Assembly: GCA_029953675.1 (NCBI GenBank) | Contig: JAMWBK010000008.1 | Span: 1,860,001-1,924,000, forward strand | From: Rhodosorus marinus CCMP1338 | Lineage: Eukaryota; Plantae; Rhodophyta | Direction: 5' to 3' | DNA: 64,000 bases | In this document: positions 1 through 12,360 of the stretch, piece by piece | How the letters are laid out: each line of letters opens with the position of its first letter | Numbering within the stretch: the stretch's first letter is position 1 | Notes under the pieces: generated by a model | The model's database searches: none | Seen by the model: the letters and a program-made list of their open reading frames with translations, nothing else | Told to the model about the DNA's origin: nothing | Made by a program: the position numbers and the translations under genes

Positions 1-1016
1 TGGTTTCTGGTTGGTCCAAAACGATCAGGAAGCGGAGTTCATATCGATCCTCTCGGTACATCTGCTTGGAACGCTCTTATCTCTGGAAGAAAGCGATGGA
101 TTCTTTTCCCGCCAAACATACCGAAAAAGGTACAGAAACCCTCAAGACAAGACTGAAGCCGTAAAACGAAAGCTGAACCCTTTTTCCCCCACTGATCGCC
201 TCCAAGATCGTTAAGGCGAAAAGTCTCAAACGTATTGGAGAAGACGACGAACCTGTTGACTACTTCACAAACATTCTTCCCCGATTGAAGCAATCGGTAA
301 GTATATCGGATTGCTTCACCCATTGAAACGATCGCCAGAAGCTGTTAAACAGATGGTCTAGTTTTTGGTGGATATGACAGATGGGAGATGCGTTGGACTA
401 CATCGAGTTTGTTCAGTACCCTGGAGAGACGGTTTTCATCCCTGGAGGCTGGTGGCACGCTGTATTGAATCTTGATGACACGATCGCCGTTACACAGAAC
501 TTTGTATCATCAAATAATTTTAGAAACTGCTGGTATCAGACACGGAAGGGACGTCGTGGTATGGCTAGAAAGTGGTATAGGGAGTTGAAGAGTAGCCATC
601 CGCATCTAGCGACGGTAGCTGATGAGGTGAACCGTATGCATGGGTATAATATGGAGCGAGAGAGGGAGAGGCATCATGAAGACTATCGTCGGCAGGTTTT
701 TGCCAGACGTGTCAAGGTCGGGGTTGAGAAATATCGACGCAAACTGAACGGCGTGGACCTTGATAAGAGCAGCTCGTCGTCTGGAGATGGAACTGACTCC
801 GACTGGACCAGCTTGAGCGAGAACTTTGACGGTCTCGATAGCGACGAAGAGAACCAAGTAGGAATGACAATACGTCAGCTTCTTGTGCATCCTCCCCAGC
901 AGCAGCTGGATCAGTATACTCCTTCCCAGAACGGGACAGCTGGTTATCACGCCCGCGACGAGTCTTGCAGAACCGAGCATCTACCAACGGCGCCTAGAGT
1001 CTCGGAACTTGGCTGA
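1..1016 (+). CDS. JMJD6: JmjC-domain protein, JMJD6/PSR-like (5' truncated by the window; introns about 130-206 and 297-380)
   Basis: Frame 1 from base 1 reads [38 protein letters not shown] (HxD motif). The later exon reads [30 protein letters not shown]...[12 protein letters not shown], followed by a Ser/Asp-rich tail. These match JMJD6 signature segments. Confidence 0.9.
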
Positions 1017-2067
1017 GTCAACGAGAAAGCAACTATAACTAAACAACAACAACAACACGATGACTACCAAGCAACCAATGTATTCCGGCTGACATATTCT
1101 GACTCGCTCAGAAAGAACCAAGACGATGGCCGTTCTAAAAGCTGCGAGAAGTGGATTTGTCTCCAGTACTGTAGTTGGGAACGTCCCTTTCACATGCTTC
1201 CGGGGCAATCTCTGGCCTTGGGACATCCATTGTATGTCTCCACCATCACGAGTTGGGCTCCATGGTTGAGCACCAAGTAGCGCATGAGCAAAGTTTGGGA
1301 TTTGCTAACAGTACAGAAGCCTACTGTTAGATTATACATCCACGCGACTCCTCTCCAACTCTTAAAGACTTCTCCAGAGGTTTTTCAGGTAGCCATTTGG
1401 CTGCCGAAGAGGATTTCGCGGATTTAGCTGTTTGGTTGAATGAAACAAAAGCTGCCCGTCTTCCAGAAGCGTTCATGTTGGTTTCGAGCTTTGTTAGTTC
1501 TGATCAGTAGGAGGCTTCGAGGTGGCGTTTTACCAGGAGGAGAGCAAATCCTGATATAGTCCTCTCTCAATTTCCATTATCACCTGAGTTTCGTTAGTTT
1601 TTTTGCAGATTGTTCCGTGTGGTTTTACCTCTGTCACAGCTCACGCTAAAGCGATGTGGTCTGTGCCCATCTTCATCATTTAGAAGACGTACGGACTTGT
1701 TTAGGAGGGGGGGGGGAAAGAGTTGGGAGGAGGGTTTCATGTGAAGTCAAAGCAAATATGGGAGATATACTCTTTGCGTCTTCTCCGAAAGTTTGGACGA
1801 GGAGAACAAGCCTTCCAATAACGTGCAAGAGGACGAGGACTGGATTTCATGCCAAAGGAATCGCTAGAGCGAGGGAGGTGAGGATCAGAGTGAAGCTTCT
1901 GGTTGTGCTTTCTGCGCTGAAGATTGGTTTCGTACTTGTGTTGCTTAGGATTGTGATGAATGTGAAGGTCAGGAGGAAGCAGGACGTGATGAAGGTGAGA
2001 AGTGACAGGATCCAAATGTGTTTCTGAAGGTTTTTGGTGAACCTGACCCTATTTTGTTTCTGAAGTT

Positions 2068-2367
2068 GTGAGAGGAAATGTTAGGATTGAGTATTGTACA
2101 GGTTGTCGCTGGCTATTGAGAGCTGGATGGACTGCTCAAGAGTTGCTCACGACGTTTGAGAAGGAGTTGGTGGGGGTGACGATTGCACCTGCAACTTCGA
2201 GTGGGGTTTTCGACGTGTACTTAGATGGTAAGTTGGTGTTTTCGAGGAAGGAGGTTGGGAGATTTCCCGAGATGAAGGAGCTGAAGCAGCTCGTTCGTGA
2301 CCAGATCAATCCAGAGCGTGACTTGGGGCATAGTGATGTCAAGGGTCACAAGCAGAAAACCACCTGA
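2068..2367 (+). CDS. Rdx-family (SelW/SelT/SelH-like) thioredoxin-fold protein with CxxC; probable upstream exon from about 1757
   Basis: VRIEYCTGCRWLLRAGWTAQELLTTF...GVFDVYLDGKLVFSRKEVGRFPEMKELKQLVRDQINPERDLGHSD is typical Rdx family. The ORF starts at GTG just after a ttctgaag acceptor (2065), so the true start is probably upstream. Confidence 0.88.
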   Translation: MRGNVRIEYCTGCRWLLRAGWTAQELLTTFEKELVGVTIAPATSSGVFDVYLDGKLVFSRKEVGRFPEMKELKQLVRDQINPERDLGHSDVKGHKQKTT

Positions 2368-2474
2368 AGGGGGTTCTCTTTGCTTGGTTTCCCGCATTCT
2401 TTGTTTCCTCTGGACTTTGTGAACTTAAAATGAAAAGGCTGGTAGATTGGGGGCTCTAACGAGCGATAGCTTTT

Positions 2475-3559
2475 TTAAGCATGAGCGATGGTCTTCTTCC
2501 CCGCTCTGAGATGAGATATATATACTTTCTGTGGAGTACTCCTGCTCGAAGTTGCCACATACAGCTCCTTCGGGGAGATCGACGTAATGACTCCCAGGAA
2601 CCGTTTCCCAGTGGATTTGCTCTGTACCGCCACTGTATTCGATTCTTCAAATCGCTCTTGCCGTACGTGCAATACACCTCGAGAATAGGTGACTTCTACA
2701 ACCGGACGTCCTCCTCGATCCTTCCCTTGGTCTCCTAAGGCGAAAGATGAACCTCGGAGATTTCAGCTTTGATAGTTCATCCCCAACCCTCCCAGAAGCA
2801 GCATTTTGAACGGAAAGAAACGACGTACTTGCGTTTCCGTACTGAGAAGAGGGCTTGTGCTGAGGTATTGAAGTGATCTTCGGGGGCATTACAGTCTCCA
2901 AGCCTAAAAGCATGGCTTCGATGTCATGTTGAAGCTCATCCCAGGTTAGGGAAACTCTTAGCAATCCTTCCTTTTGGACACCTCCGAGCAGTCCGGCACA
3001 GTAGATATCCTCCGGCGTCGCGTTTTTTCCTCTTCTGTTCAGCTGTTTTCGAAGAGCTAGAGAGGGAAATTCCGGTCTTTGCTCGTCAGTTATCTGAAGC
3101 GATAGAAGCCACTATGGGCGCAAAGTTTCCCACGGCTCATACCTCTGGGAAGAAACGAATACAGCTTCTTTCGTCTACTTGAGAACGAAGAGAATATTTT
3201 CTCACGATAGTATCTCTTGTCAGCTTCGAACTCATCCCAGGCCTGCTTCACCTCTGCTTCAAAGCACTTCTCAGAATTCTCAAGCTGAAATGTCCTGATT
3301 TCGTCCGCCATATGAACTCTGTGCTGTTTCTTCTTCTCAAGATCTTCCAGTTCCTTTAGATATTCTCCATTTTCACCTTAAAAGATCGAGCAAATAACCC
3401 GGCCAGCTTCAGAACCAGTCCAAGCCAGTCCGCAAGCGAACACTACATCTCCTTACCCGCTAGAATTTCCTCATGCTCTTTCTTGAGCGTCTTCAGATCA
3501 TCCTCAAGTTGCTGAATCCTCAGATTCTCATGCTCTTCATCCTGAGATTCCGAAGGCAT
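2475..3559 (-). CDS. Sds3/BRMS1-like coiled-coil protein (Sin3-HDAC complex subunit), multi-exon; 3' end uncertain
   Basis: Manual splice gives MPSESQDEEHENLRIQQLEDDLKTLKKEHEEILA|GENGEYLKELEDLEKKKQHRVHMADEIRTFQLENSEKCFEAEVKQAWDEFEADKRYYREKIF, resembling the Sds3-like coiled-coil pattern. Confidence 0.55.
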
Positions 3560-6261
3560 GTTTCTTCGATCAACACGAGCCACGCGGCTCCCCTAAATGA
3601 AACACAAAAATCAACTCGTTGAAACGAAGGTTCTTCCCTTTGATCCTCAGTCCATCCGACTCTCAATCATCCTTCAAAAAAAATCCGTCCTGAAAACACT
3701 AAAAAAATCCTCCTAAATTACCAAATCCTTAGAGAAGAACATTCTGCCTCGTTCCAATCGATGCAGAACAAATAAGCCGGACACATCGATGCTTCTCTCC
3801 AACCTTCCCCCAGGAAACAAAAACCCTTCCAGTCCTATTGAGCACCACCGACTAGAAAGACTTCAACTATGAACTTCTTCTCTGCAGAAAGATAGCTTCA
3901 GTATCTAAAACTTTCTCCCCGCCATGCATGCCCCGACAATCCTAATCCACCCTGTACCCGTCCTCTTCACCGATTTGCCGAGCAGCTGACTGGAGCAATG
4001 TCGCAGGGAATTCTCTTGAGGCGGCAGTTCTGTTCAGTTCAAGTTGTTTTTTGGAAGTGAATTCGTCTTGGTGGAATCATTAATCCCAGCGCAGTACAAT
4101 ACATCTCTGTGGGAGCATACCCTATGCGACGGAGGGATCGGCGGGTTTACCTCATCACGGTTTTGACGACTTGACGATGGCAATACATCGTTTGCGAGTT
4201 CTAGATGAGCAATATTGTGTATTATAGTGATCGAAGAGGACACCTTACCTGAATGAGTCGTTCTGTTCCACTCCCAGACATTGTAGCTGTTCTTCAAGTA
4301 GAGCCTATGGCTTGCTTAAACGGTCGCACACCTCCAACCCCCCCATTTGTCTGAGCTGAATACAGATCTTTCATTGGCTATCTCGATCGAGCTTGAAATG
4401 AATATTAGATAAGTTTCATCAGTTCGTTTCGTATAAACACTCTTAATTGGCTTAAAGGAAAACAATTCTCGCATGATTGGCTTATAAAGCTATATTTTTT
4501 ATATTTGCGTCTTTCTGATGAGCCGGTTTCCGTGAAAGTCGCGCGCTCGACATAATATAGGGAGATATATACTCAAGTTAGGGCCATTTTCCTATCCTTA
4601 AAACTAAAAAACTCAACATATCAATTTTGGAAGAAAAATAATACATACCTGTTCGAGGTTTTCTGTTTTGGGTATTTTAGGATATGATGGGGCCATGAAG
4701 CAGACGAGGTTGCGGGGACCAACCTATGAGGTAAACAGGGTTGCCGTGGGAGTCTCGACCTACGTCGAGTAGTCCACGCTGTCAATCGACTCTCTACGTT
4801 GAAGTGTGCTTGGTTCGGACTTTCCACCTCCGCACCTACCCAATCGGTTCGATCATCGCCATTGGGGCAAGTTCGCCCTGGAATTCCGCGGGCAGCGTAC
4901 CCGTGAATCCTACCTCTTGTTTTCTCAGGAGAGAGGGGATGATTCTACCATGATTTCGTATCCGTTCTGCAACGCGAGGCCAGTTACTCACTTGCCACTG
5001 CGTGCATCCACCCACCTTTGTGTCCACTGGGAGGGAGCCCGGCATCTTGGCAAAACTGCCCTAGATTCCTCCCGCGCCCCTATCCGACTCGCTCCGTCCG
5101 CAACCTGGAAGCAACTCTTCTAACCGTCCTGGTCAAACCCCGGCACGGCGAGTGGTTTTGACAATTTGGCCATGCCTGTTTTTTGACGGTCAGCCGCTAG
5201 TGCAGAGTATGCGTTTACAGTTCGGATGCTATTTGGCTTCCTGCGCTTAAAACTGACGTTCTCTATGAATGTGACAGCTCATGCAACTGTGCAGATATCC
5301 TCTCGATTCTATACTATGCAGGTAACATCAATGTGCCCCCCCACCAGCGAGTCTCTCCCCTCCTCTAAAAGCTGTCACCGCCTTTACGTTGCAACTAATT
5401 GTTTCAAGAGTAAAATTTCAACGACTGAACTGATGAACGAATCAAAGACGACTTTCTACTCTCTTCGATCCAATAAGGAGAAAGAGACGTTCCTATTCGT
5501 GTAAATTGACAGATCTCTGACACGGACAAATCACTACATTAATTTTTGAATAAAAATAGTCGATGCAGTCTTGTTGAGAGCAAGATTTTACTCAAAAACA
5601 ATTCTTGTCGAAGACGATTTTTTGTCATAAAATAATCTTTTCATTTATAAAGAAAGAAAAATCACTTGTTACACGACAAATATTATATTGACGTCGTGAT
5701 TTCTTTTTTTATTTTCTGACATATTTTTCCATAGGGGTAGAAGATTTGTAAATTCTAGATGAATATTCCAAATAAAGAATGTATGTATCTGAAATTTTGC
5801 CAACTTTTCTTTTAAATTGAAGAAAGAGCAAGAAAAATCCATATATAGGTACAAAATTTGTGATATAGAAACTAAAAAATGTAGATATGTTTCTTGTTTT
5901 TCACCCTCTATGAAAGCTATCAAAAAGTTATGGACGGACCTTGCCCGTATTGCAGTCATTTGAATTGAAATATTTTCTAAGAATTTTTGTGTCTAAAACT
6001 TGGCTGGAAAAGGGGTTTTTGGCGCACGAAGTAGTTTGAAAATTTTGGCTACTTAAGGAGTCTGGTTATGTGGACTGGATGTGGTGCGAGCCGTGGGGAG
6101 GAGTGCGAGAACAGGATGGGAGGAGTATGGAGACTGAGAGATCAGGTCTTGGAAGAAATATGCACTGAATAAAGTGTAAATGAAGTTTCTGCTGGAGGAT
6201 TAGTTTGGTAGGATTTCTTTTGGTGGACGGTGTCGTTTTGGGTACTGAGTAGTTGGCAGGT

Positions 6262-9075
6262 ATGGCAAAACCGGGTAGGCAGAAGAGCCGGACGTGGGAT
6301 CATTTTCGGCCGGTCCCGGGTACATCGAGGATGCGATGTACGCGGTGCACTACTGAGGTTACAGCGAGGCGTGATCGTATGCAGAAGCACTGGGATGGTT
6401 GTGTGGCGCAGCCGCGCGAGTCTGAGCACAGTCTCATTACCAAACCCGGGGACAGGAGAGACGGGGATCCGCGGTGGAATCAACCCGGGAGGAAAAGAAC
6501 GGCGACTTGGAGGCACTTCAAGGACTCCCCGGATCATAAGGGTAAAGCTCGATGTGATAAATGCGGTTACGAATTGTCAGCAAGGGTCGACCGGATGAAA
6601 AAGCATCTCATAATCTGCCGTCCTGAGCTTGGGATTGAAATAGAATCCACAAAAGGCGTTAAACCAGAACCGTCACCTCCAGACCCAGTACAACAAACCC
6701 CCCAAAACGGCCTGGAGAGGACGGCCAGTCGTCGATTGACGGATTCCGACGTGAGGGCTCTCAACAGGACTTTGGGAAGGCTAATTCTCAGACATGACAT
6801 ACACATCGGCCTACTTGATGATCCGGAACTGAAAAAGTAAGAAACCCTCGAAGAGAACCCAGAAAAACCAACAATAGAAGCCCTGTCATTGACACTGACA
6901 TCAACGCGGCGCCGTTGGTGGCGACGAGGATGGTCTTGAACGAATAAGGACAGGCTTCCTCCTTTCAGCTCCTCGTTCTCGGAGAACAGAGATCGCTTAG
7001 GGTCTTACAAGCAACTGAACGTTTACCTTTCTTTTACAGTCTCTGGCATGGTACGGTTTACGTCCCTCCTAGTCGAAGGAGTTGGATGTCGGTGATCGAG
7101 GATCTGTGGAGAATGGAGAAGAGCAAGTCCGAAACTTTTGTTCAGAGGTCTAGGCGTTTAACGCTCGTCACAGATGCGTGTAGAGAACCCAAAACTCCTC
7201 ATTTAGCCAGCTTTATTGCGGTTAATGAGAATGGGGAGAGTGTCATGTGGGATATGTCTCCCGTGTCGGCGGATGTAACAGTAGAGAACGTCGGAGAAGG
7301 ACTAAAGATGAGGCTGAATCGTCTCAGACAACTTGAAAAGGTTGTTGCGGTTACTATGGATGGAGGTGTCATGATGAACAGCGTGCGGAGAGCCCTTGAA
7401 AAGGATGCCGCGTACGAAGGTAAGGATCGTCGTAGAAAAGCTGAATTAGCTCAGGTTGCTGCTTACCGCATCTGATCGGTTCATGTTTTTCCGGGCTCTC
7501 GATCTCTCAGGCGTCATTTTCGGCCACTGTTTGGTACAGCAGACGAGGAAGATGGCCAAGGACTTGCTGATCGCGGGAGGGGACCTGTGGACGAAGCTAA
7601 AGACAGTCGAGCGAATCTGCTCCCAAATTGTTGCCTCGAGCGAGGCGCAAGAGTTTCTACGAACGTTCGAAGGCTACAAGGAAGTAGAACCGCAAGGTGT
7701 CAACGGAAGTGAATGGAATTCCGTGTTGTATTGTTTGATCCGGATCACTCAGAATAGGCCCGCGTTAAAGACCCTGGTCCGTAGAGGTGAGCTAGCGCCT
7801 AGCTCAGCAACTTGAAAGCGTGGAGCTTCGCTCTCAGCAGGCAGATATTTCCCGCTAGGTTTGTCCGTGGGCATTGATTTTGAGGAGAAGGAAGCCATTG
7901 CCGATGAGGAGTTCTGGCTGGCCGTTGAAGGATTCATGCCTGTTGCGAGAGTCTTCTGTTTTCTTCAGGGACTATCTGAGAGTTGTGAGCTGACATCAGG
8001 TACGGCGATTCCGTTGCGTGTTTTAGAATGCTTTCAACAGTGTTGGAGATGAGCTGAGTTGTTGGGTGCTGAATTGGGTTTTTGTGCAGGCTGCGTGGCA
8101 TTTGGATTCTACTGGATTCGGAGGATAGTGCAGACGTCAAAGAACTTTACCGATGTGCAGCGGGAGACGATGACCGAGGCAATCGAAGAGAGAATTCGAT
8201 TGGCGCTTGGGAAGGAAGCATGCGTCTCGTGGTATCTCGACCCGCGGCTGAGGGGTGCGGGAATGAAGGATCGCGATATCCACAAGACATGTGTTGCGGC
8301 GTCAGACATGGCCGTTCGGCTAGGAATCTTTGGGGACGAGGAAGCTGAGAGTTGGAAAGACAACCTGTTCTTGGAATGGCACGACTACAAGGACGGCAAG
8401 GGATCTTTTGATCTCTCCTCTTGCTGGAGTCCGGCAGTGACCAGGAAGCCGGAAAGGTACTTCATCAGCTTGATGCTTTTCGTTTGTTCGTTTCGGACTA
8501 TCACGGTTACTCACAGTCCGTCCTCGTCTGTACCCAGGTTTTGGAAGCTTCATCAGGGCCATTCCGATCACGTTGCGAAGTTGGGCTTACTTGTCACAGA
8601 TTACTGCTGCCACATTTCGGACTGCTCCAGGTCGACCTCTAGACTAACAGCAGAGCAGGTGATGCGAGGTCCAGGTCGTGACCTGGAACGACTGATTGCA
8701 ACGGAGTCCGTGAAGTGGTCAAGCAGAAAGTTGCTAGACGCTGGAAAGATCCAAAGGAGAATGGCGTACCTCATGAGGGAATACCGAGCTCTGCATCCAT
8801 CAAGCAGTGTCGAAGGACCGGATTCTATTTCGAATACCTGGGAGAATCGGGGTATTAGGTCTCGGCCGTCGAAGCAAGTGGAGGAAGAAGACGGCCTCTG
8901 GGAAGATGTTACCGGTTCAGCGGAGGGAGATTTTCTCGACTCAATACTGACAGAATATGGTAGCGAAAATGGAGAGGACATTCTGGACCGGGGGGAGAAC
9001 ACGCTGCTGGACGCCAAGACGGATTTGAGATGTTTCGAGGAGAAGATGGACAGCTTGATATCAGTGGCCAGGTAG
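6262..9075 (+). CDS. hAT-transposase-derived protein with two N-terminal BED zinc fingers, RNase-H-like core and hAT C-terminal dimerisation region; about 5 introns; probably domesticated and catalytically dead
   Basis: BED1 TWDHF..MRCTRC..RMQKHWDGC and BED2 TWRHF..ARCDKC..RMKKHLIIC. Core segments YVPPSRR, LTLVTDAC, VAVTMDGG, GHCLVQ..KDLL, SEWNSVLYCL, EEFWLAV, SWYLDPRL, FWKLH..VAKLG..SDCSRSTS appear in hAT order. GT-AG introns at about 6837-7039, 7420-7510, 7786-7858, 8000-8089 and 8457-8516 join the frames. Confidence 0.8.
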
Positions 9076-9381
9076 TCGCTGAGGCGGATACACTGCCGAC
9101 TGCTCTTACCCGTTGGCGCTGTCGACGTCTAGCCGTAGTCTCTCTATGAGAATGGGATACTGACGGCAGGTCAGAATCTACCTCGCGATGACGCAGAAGG
9201 GTCGAATGGCGCGCTCATATCCGCCCTGGAAACTCGCCACCAGCCCGAGCAGGGGGAACCAGCTCTTTCGCCCGGGAAGAGCCTCCCTCCCTTGGAACGT
9301 GTCCGCGATAATTGCTCAAGTTATTGTTGAAGAACATGGAAGGAGGAAAGGTGCTTTGAAAGGGGACTGGCTGTAGCTGGG

Positions 9382-9482
9382 TATTCCGGCGATAGACGAG
9401 AGGAGTCCACTATGTTCGGTGTCTAGTCATCTTATTCCAGCGATAGAGGAGAGGAGTCCACTATGCTCGGTCTCTAGTCATC
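9382..9482. repeat. Tandem direct repeat, 2 x 50 bp (period 51)
   Basis: tattccggcgatagacgagaggagtccactatgttcggtgtctagtcatc versus tattccagcgatagaggagaggagtccactatgctcggtctctagtcatc: 4 mismatches by eye. Confidence 0.9.
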
Positions 9483-10493
9483 CCCCACTGCCGCGGAGAG
9501 ACGCATTCTCTTGCTAGAGATTCTGGTATGCTTAACTGACCCTTTTCCAAATCGTGGGAGTGGGACTATCAATTTGTTCGGAGCCTTGGGGCGCAGCAAC
9601 GACGTAAGTGGAAAGGTGGTTCGTACAAGTTTCTACTCGAGCTGGTACAGTTTACGAAATCTGGCCTGGGTGGTCTGAATAGAAGAGGTTTGGTAGTATC
9701 TAAAGAACGAAACCAGTGTACAGACAAAACAGGAGCAATGGAAGAGCTGCAGGCCTTTCTTGCTCGGAGCTATGGAAACGGACAAGAGCAGGCTTTCAAA
9801 TATGTGGCAACCATTTTTATCGGGAAGTTTGGACGCCATGGAATCAGCATCCATTTCTATCGCAGCCACCGCCCGCTTGCGACCAAAACGCCTCCACCAA
9901 TAAGCGGCGACCACGAGCATGCCACGGACGGCCACCAACATTTGCTGAGGAAGTTGATAGGAACATTCCTAACTATGATCCCTGTGTAGTAGAAAATGAA
10001 AAAGGCTCGAACTCTAGGGTTTTCTGGTCCCCACCATCTAAGATCTAGATTTGTTTCTGCGACAAAAAAAAAAATGAAAACTTAACAACGCCAAAAGCGG
10101 AGATTGCCCCCGCCTCACGGAGGCGCATTTGCAACACGCATCTTGTGTAGCCACTTCAAGAAATGAGTCGCGACCGACAGCTTTTCATACCAAAGCCCTA
10201 ACTTTGCGTCGAAACTCGGGCCGCGAGAGCATGGTCTCCTCGGAGCTTTTGTACTCGCATTCAATCACAGCAAACCCCCCCCTTTCCTTTTCAGACGGGC
10301 GGATCGATGGTTTTTTCAAATTAATGAAGAAAATTCGCCGTCCTTAAGCAAGGCCGCATTATCGACCATTTGTTCTTGACTGAAGAAATTAAACTCTTTC
10401 AAATATTTTATTTAGTTTTCTCAATGAGAGCCTTTCGCTAAGGGGGTGGAAAACGAATTTAGAAATATTGCATGGGGGTTAGGAGCTGTTCGC

Positions 10494-10937
10494 TCAACAA
10501 ACGGATTTCGATTTAGAAACATTGCATGGAGTAGGCGCGTTCACTGGCACCTTTTTTTTGGGAAGGTTTGGGTTGTTGTACAAGGCCCGGCTCGTCGCGG
10601 GGGAATTGGGGAGCTCAGGTTTTCCTTCTCGAGTAAATACCAGTCTCCTAAAGCTGGCGGAATTGATAGACTCGTTTGCTACTCGAGCGTTAACGGGTAC
10701 CACCTGCTGTTGGCGACGAGTACAATCTCTTCTTATTAAAGAGTGGAGCCAGACTTGAGAACGTGCAGCCCTCAGAATCTTGCGAGGCAGAAGTGCGACA
10801 GGTCGGATGCTGAACAACAAGGCGCTCTCGTAAACGACGCTGAGACAGGCTTGACACGCCTCCAACACTCTCACACCCACAATCGTCTTTGTAACACAGC
10901 ACAGAATCCAGCTACTCAAGGCTTCTTGCTGAAGCAT
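10494..10937 (-). CDS. Unidentified protein-coding segment (faint resemblance to an L7Ae/RPP38-like fold)
   Basis: 147-codon open frame ending ...LPKKKVPVNAPTPCNVSKSKSVC*. No diagnostic motif; the resemblance is weak. Confidence 0.2.
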   Translation of the reverse strand: MLQQEALSSWILCCVTKTIVGVRVLEACQACLSVVYESALLFSIRPVALLPRKILRAARSQVWLHSLIRRDCTRRQQQVVPVNARVANESINSASFRRLVFTREGKPELPNSPATSRALYNNPNLPKKKVPVNAPTPCNVSKSKSVC

Positions 10938-12360
10938 ACAACTTTCGTCTCTCTACCATCTATTCATCTCGTACCTCCAAAGGCGCCGTTTAGATCGCTG
11001 GTTGCTTTGGTGCAGGGCTCCTCTTAAGGCTCTCGTTCAACAGCCTCCAAAGCCCGAAGAACTGCTTGGATGGCGCGGCTGTTTAGGTGGCTGAGCTCTT
11101 ATCCATCCCGTCTATAATCTCCCAAGGCGCAGCTCAAATGCTGGCTGCTTTGGAGCTGGGCTCTCTCTACCTGAAGGGCTCCTAGGGGGCGATCTGGTCT
11201 AACGGCCTCTATAGCCACTGAGGTGCCTTGTATTAGAAATCCATTTTGTTTTTGATCACAACCATCATTCCCTCCTCAGGGGTTACGGCGGGAGGAGATC
11301 TTAATTCCGTCTAGAAACCACCACCACCACAGAAGCTCCGACAAAACAAAAATTCAAATGATTCAGGAAAGACATGCAAATCGCGACTCTACCGCAAACT
11401 CTACAAAGAGTTGGTAAGCCTCGCGTAATGAAATGCGACACCTTTCAGAAACTACCAAAACACAAAATAAACATACTTAAAATATTGTATTTTTCATGTC
11501 TAGTTTTTTCTTTTTCATCTCGGACCATCAGTTGAAAAAGAATTGCAGTAGAAGCAGAATCCACCTAATTATTAATTTATTATGATATCTAGAAAATTTT
11601 GAACCTATACAAGGGGGGGAAACGTATCTTGACACGAAATTTATATTTGAATGTTTTCTTCACCATTTTCTGTAGTACAAAAAAGTGATTAAAAATTGAG
11701 ACATATATCCAGTTCTTCTTCAGGTTAAAAAAATGGATGAAAATGTTCTTCGAATATTTGCATTTCAATTGTCATAAAAACGAGGTTACCAGCAAAAGTA
11801 CTTCTGAAGTGGAAGAGGAGGAAGGAGGATGGGGAGGGGTTGGAAATTAATCAATAAACGAGTCAAACCATTTTGAGTATTCTATCAGAAACGGGGGGGT
11901 GGGTCGGGATTCCTTTATATAATATATAAAAGAAAATTTCTTGTTTAGATGAAAGAGACTAGAAAGGGAAATCCCCCCGGTAACGACCACTGCGAGATCA
12001 AATCATGGTCTTTCGTTTTTCATATACAAAAGACGATACCTTTACTGGTATTATCATTTTTTGAAATATTGAAAATATTATATCGTCTATCCAGTATAAC
12101 GATTAGAACGATGTGGGGTGGGGTGGATCCCGGCAAGGGCATCCAGTTTTACTCACTCTTTCACAATTTTAACCAAATTTGTTTTTGTATCCAATTTTTT
12201 TTTTTTTGCAAAGTATCTCAAAACCTTGAAAAAAGTAATTCGTGGTTTAATAGGTCCAATTCCATCTCACCTTGCGTGATTTACCCATCAAGACGTCCAA
12301 CCCCCCCATGTTTCAAGCGGCTGTCACCACTATCGATTATTCAATTAAAAAATAAATATA

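Noticed and set aside
981-1500. Minus-strand ORF overlapping the JMJD6 3' end
   Set aside because: No recognisable motif and no consistent exon chain, so a real overlap cannot be supported.
2092-2106. Possible selenocysteine in the Rdx protein
   Set aside because: The motif is encoded TGT-ACA-GGT-TGT (CTGC) with no in-frame TGA.
4806-5123. 105-codon ORF (SDFPPPHLPNRFDHRHWGKF...)
   Set aside because: Starts at GTG and matches no family; could be an exon or noise.
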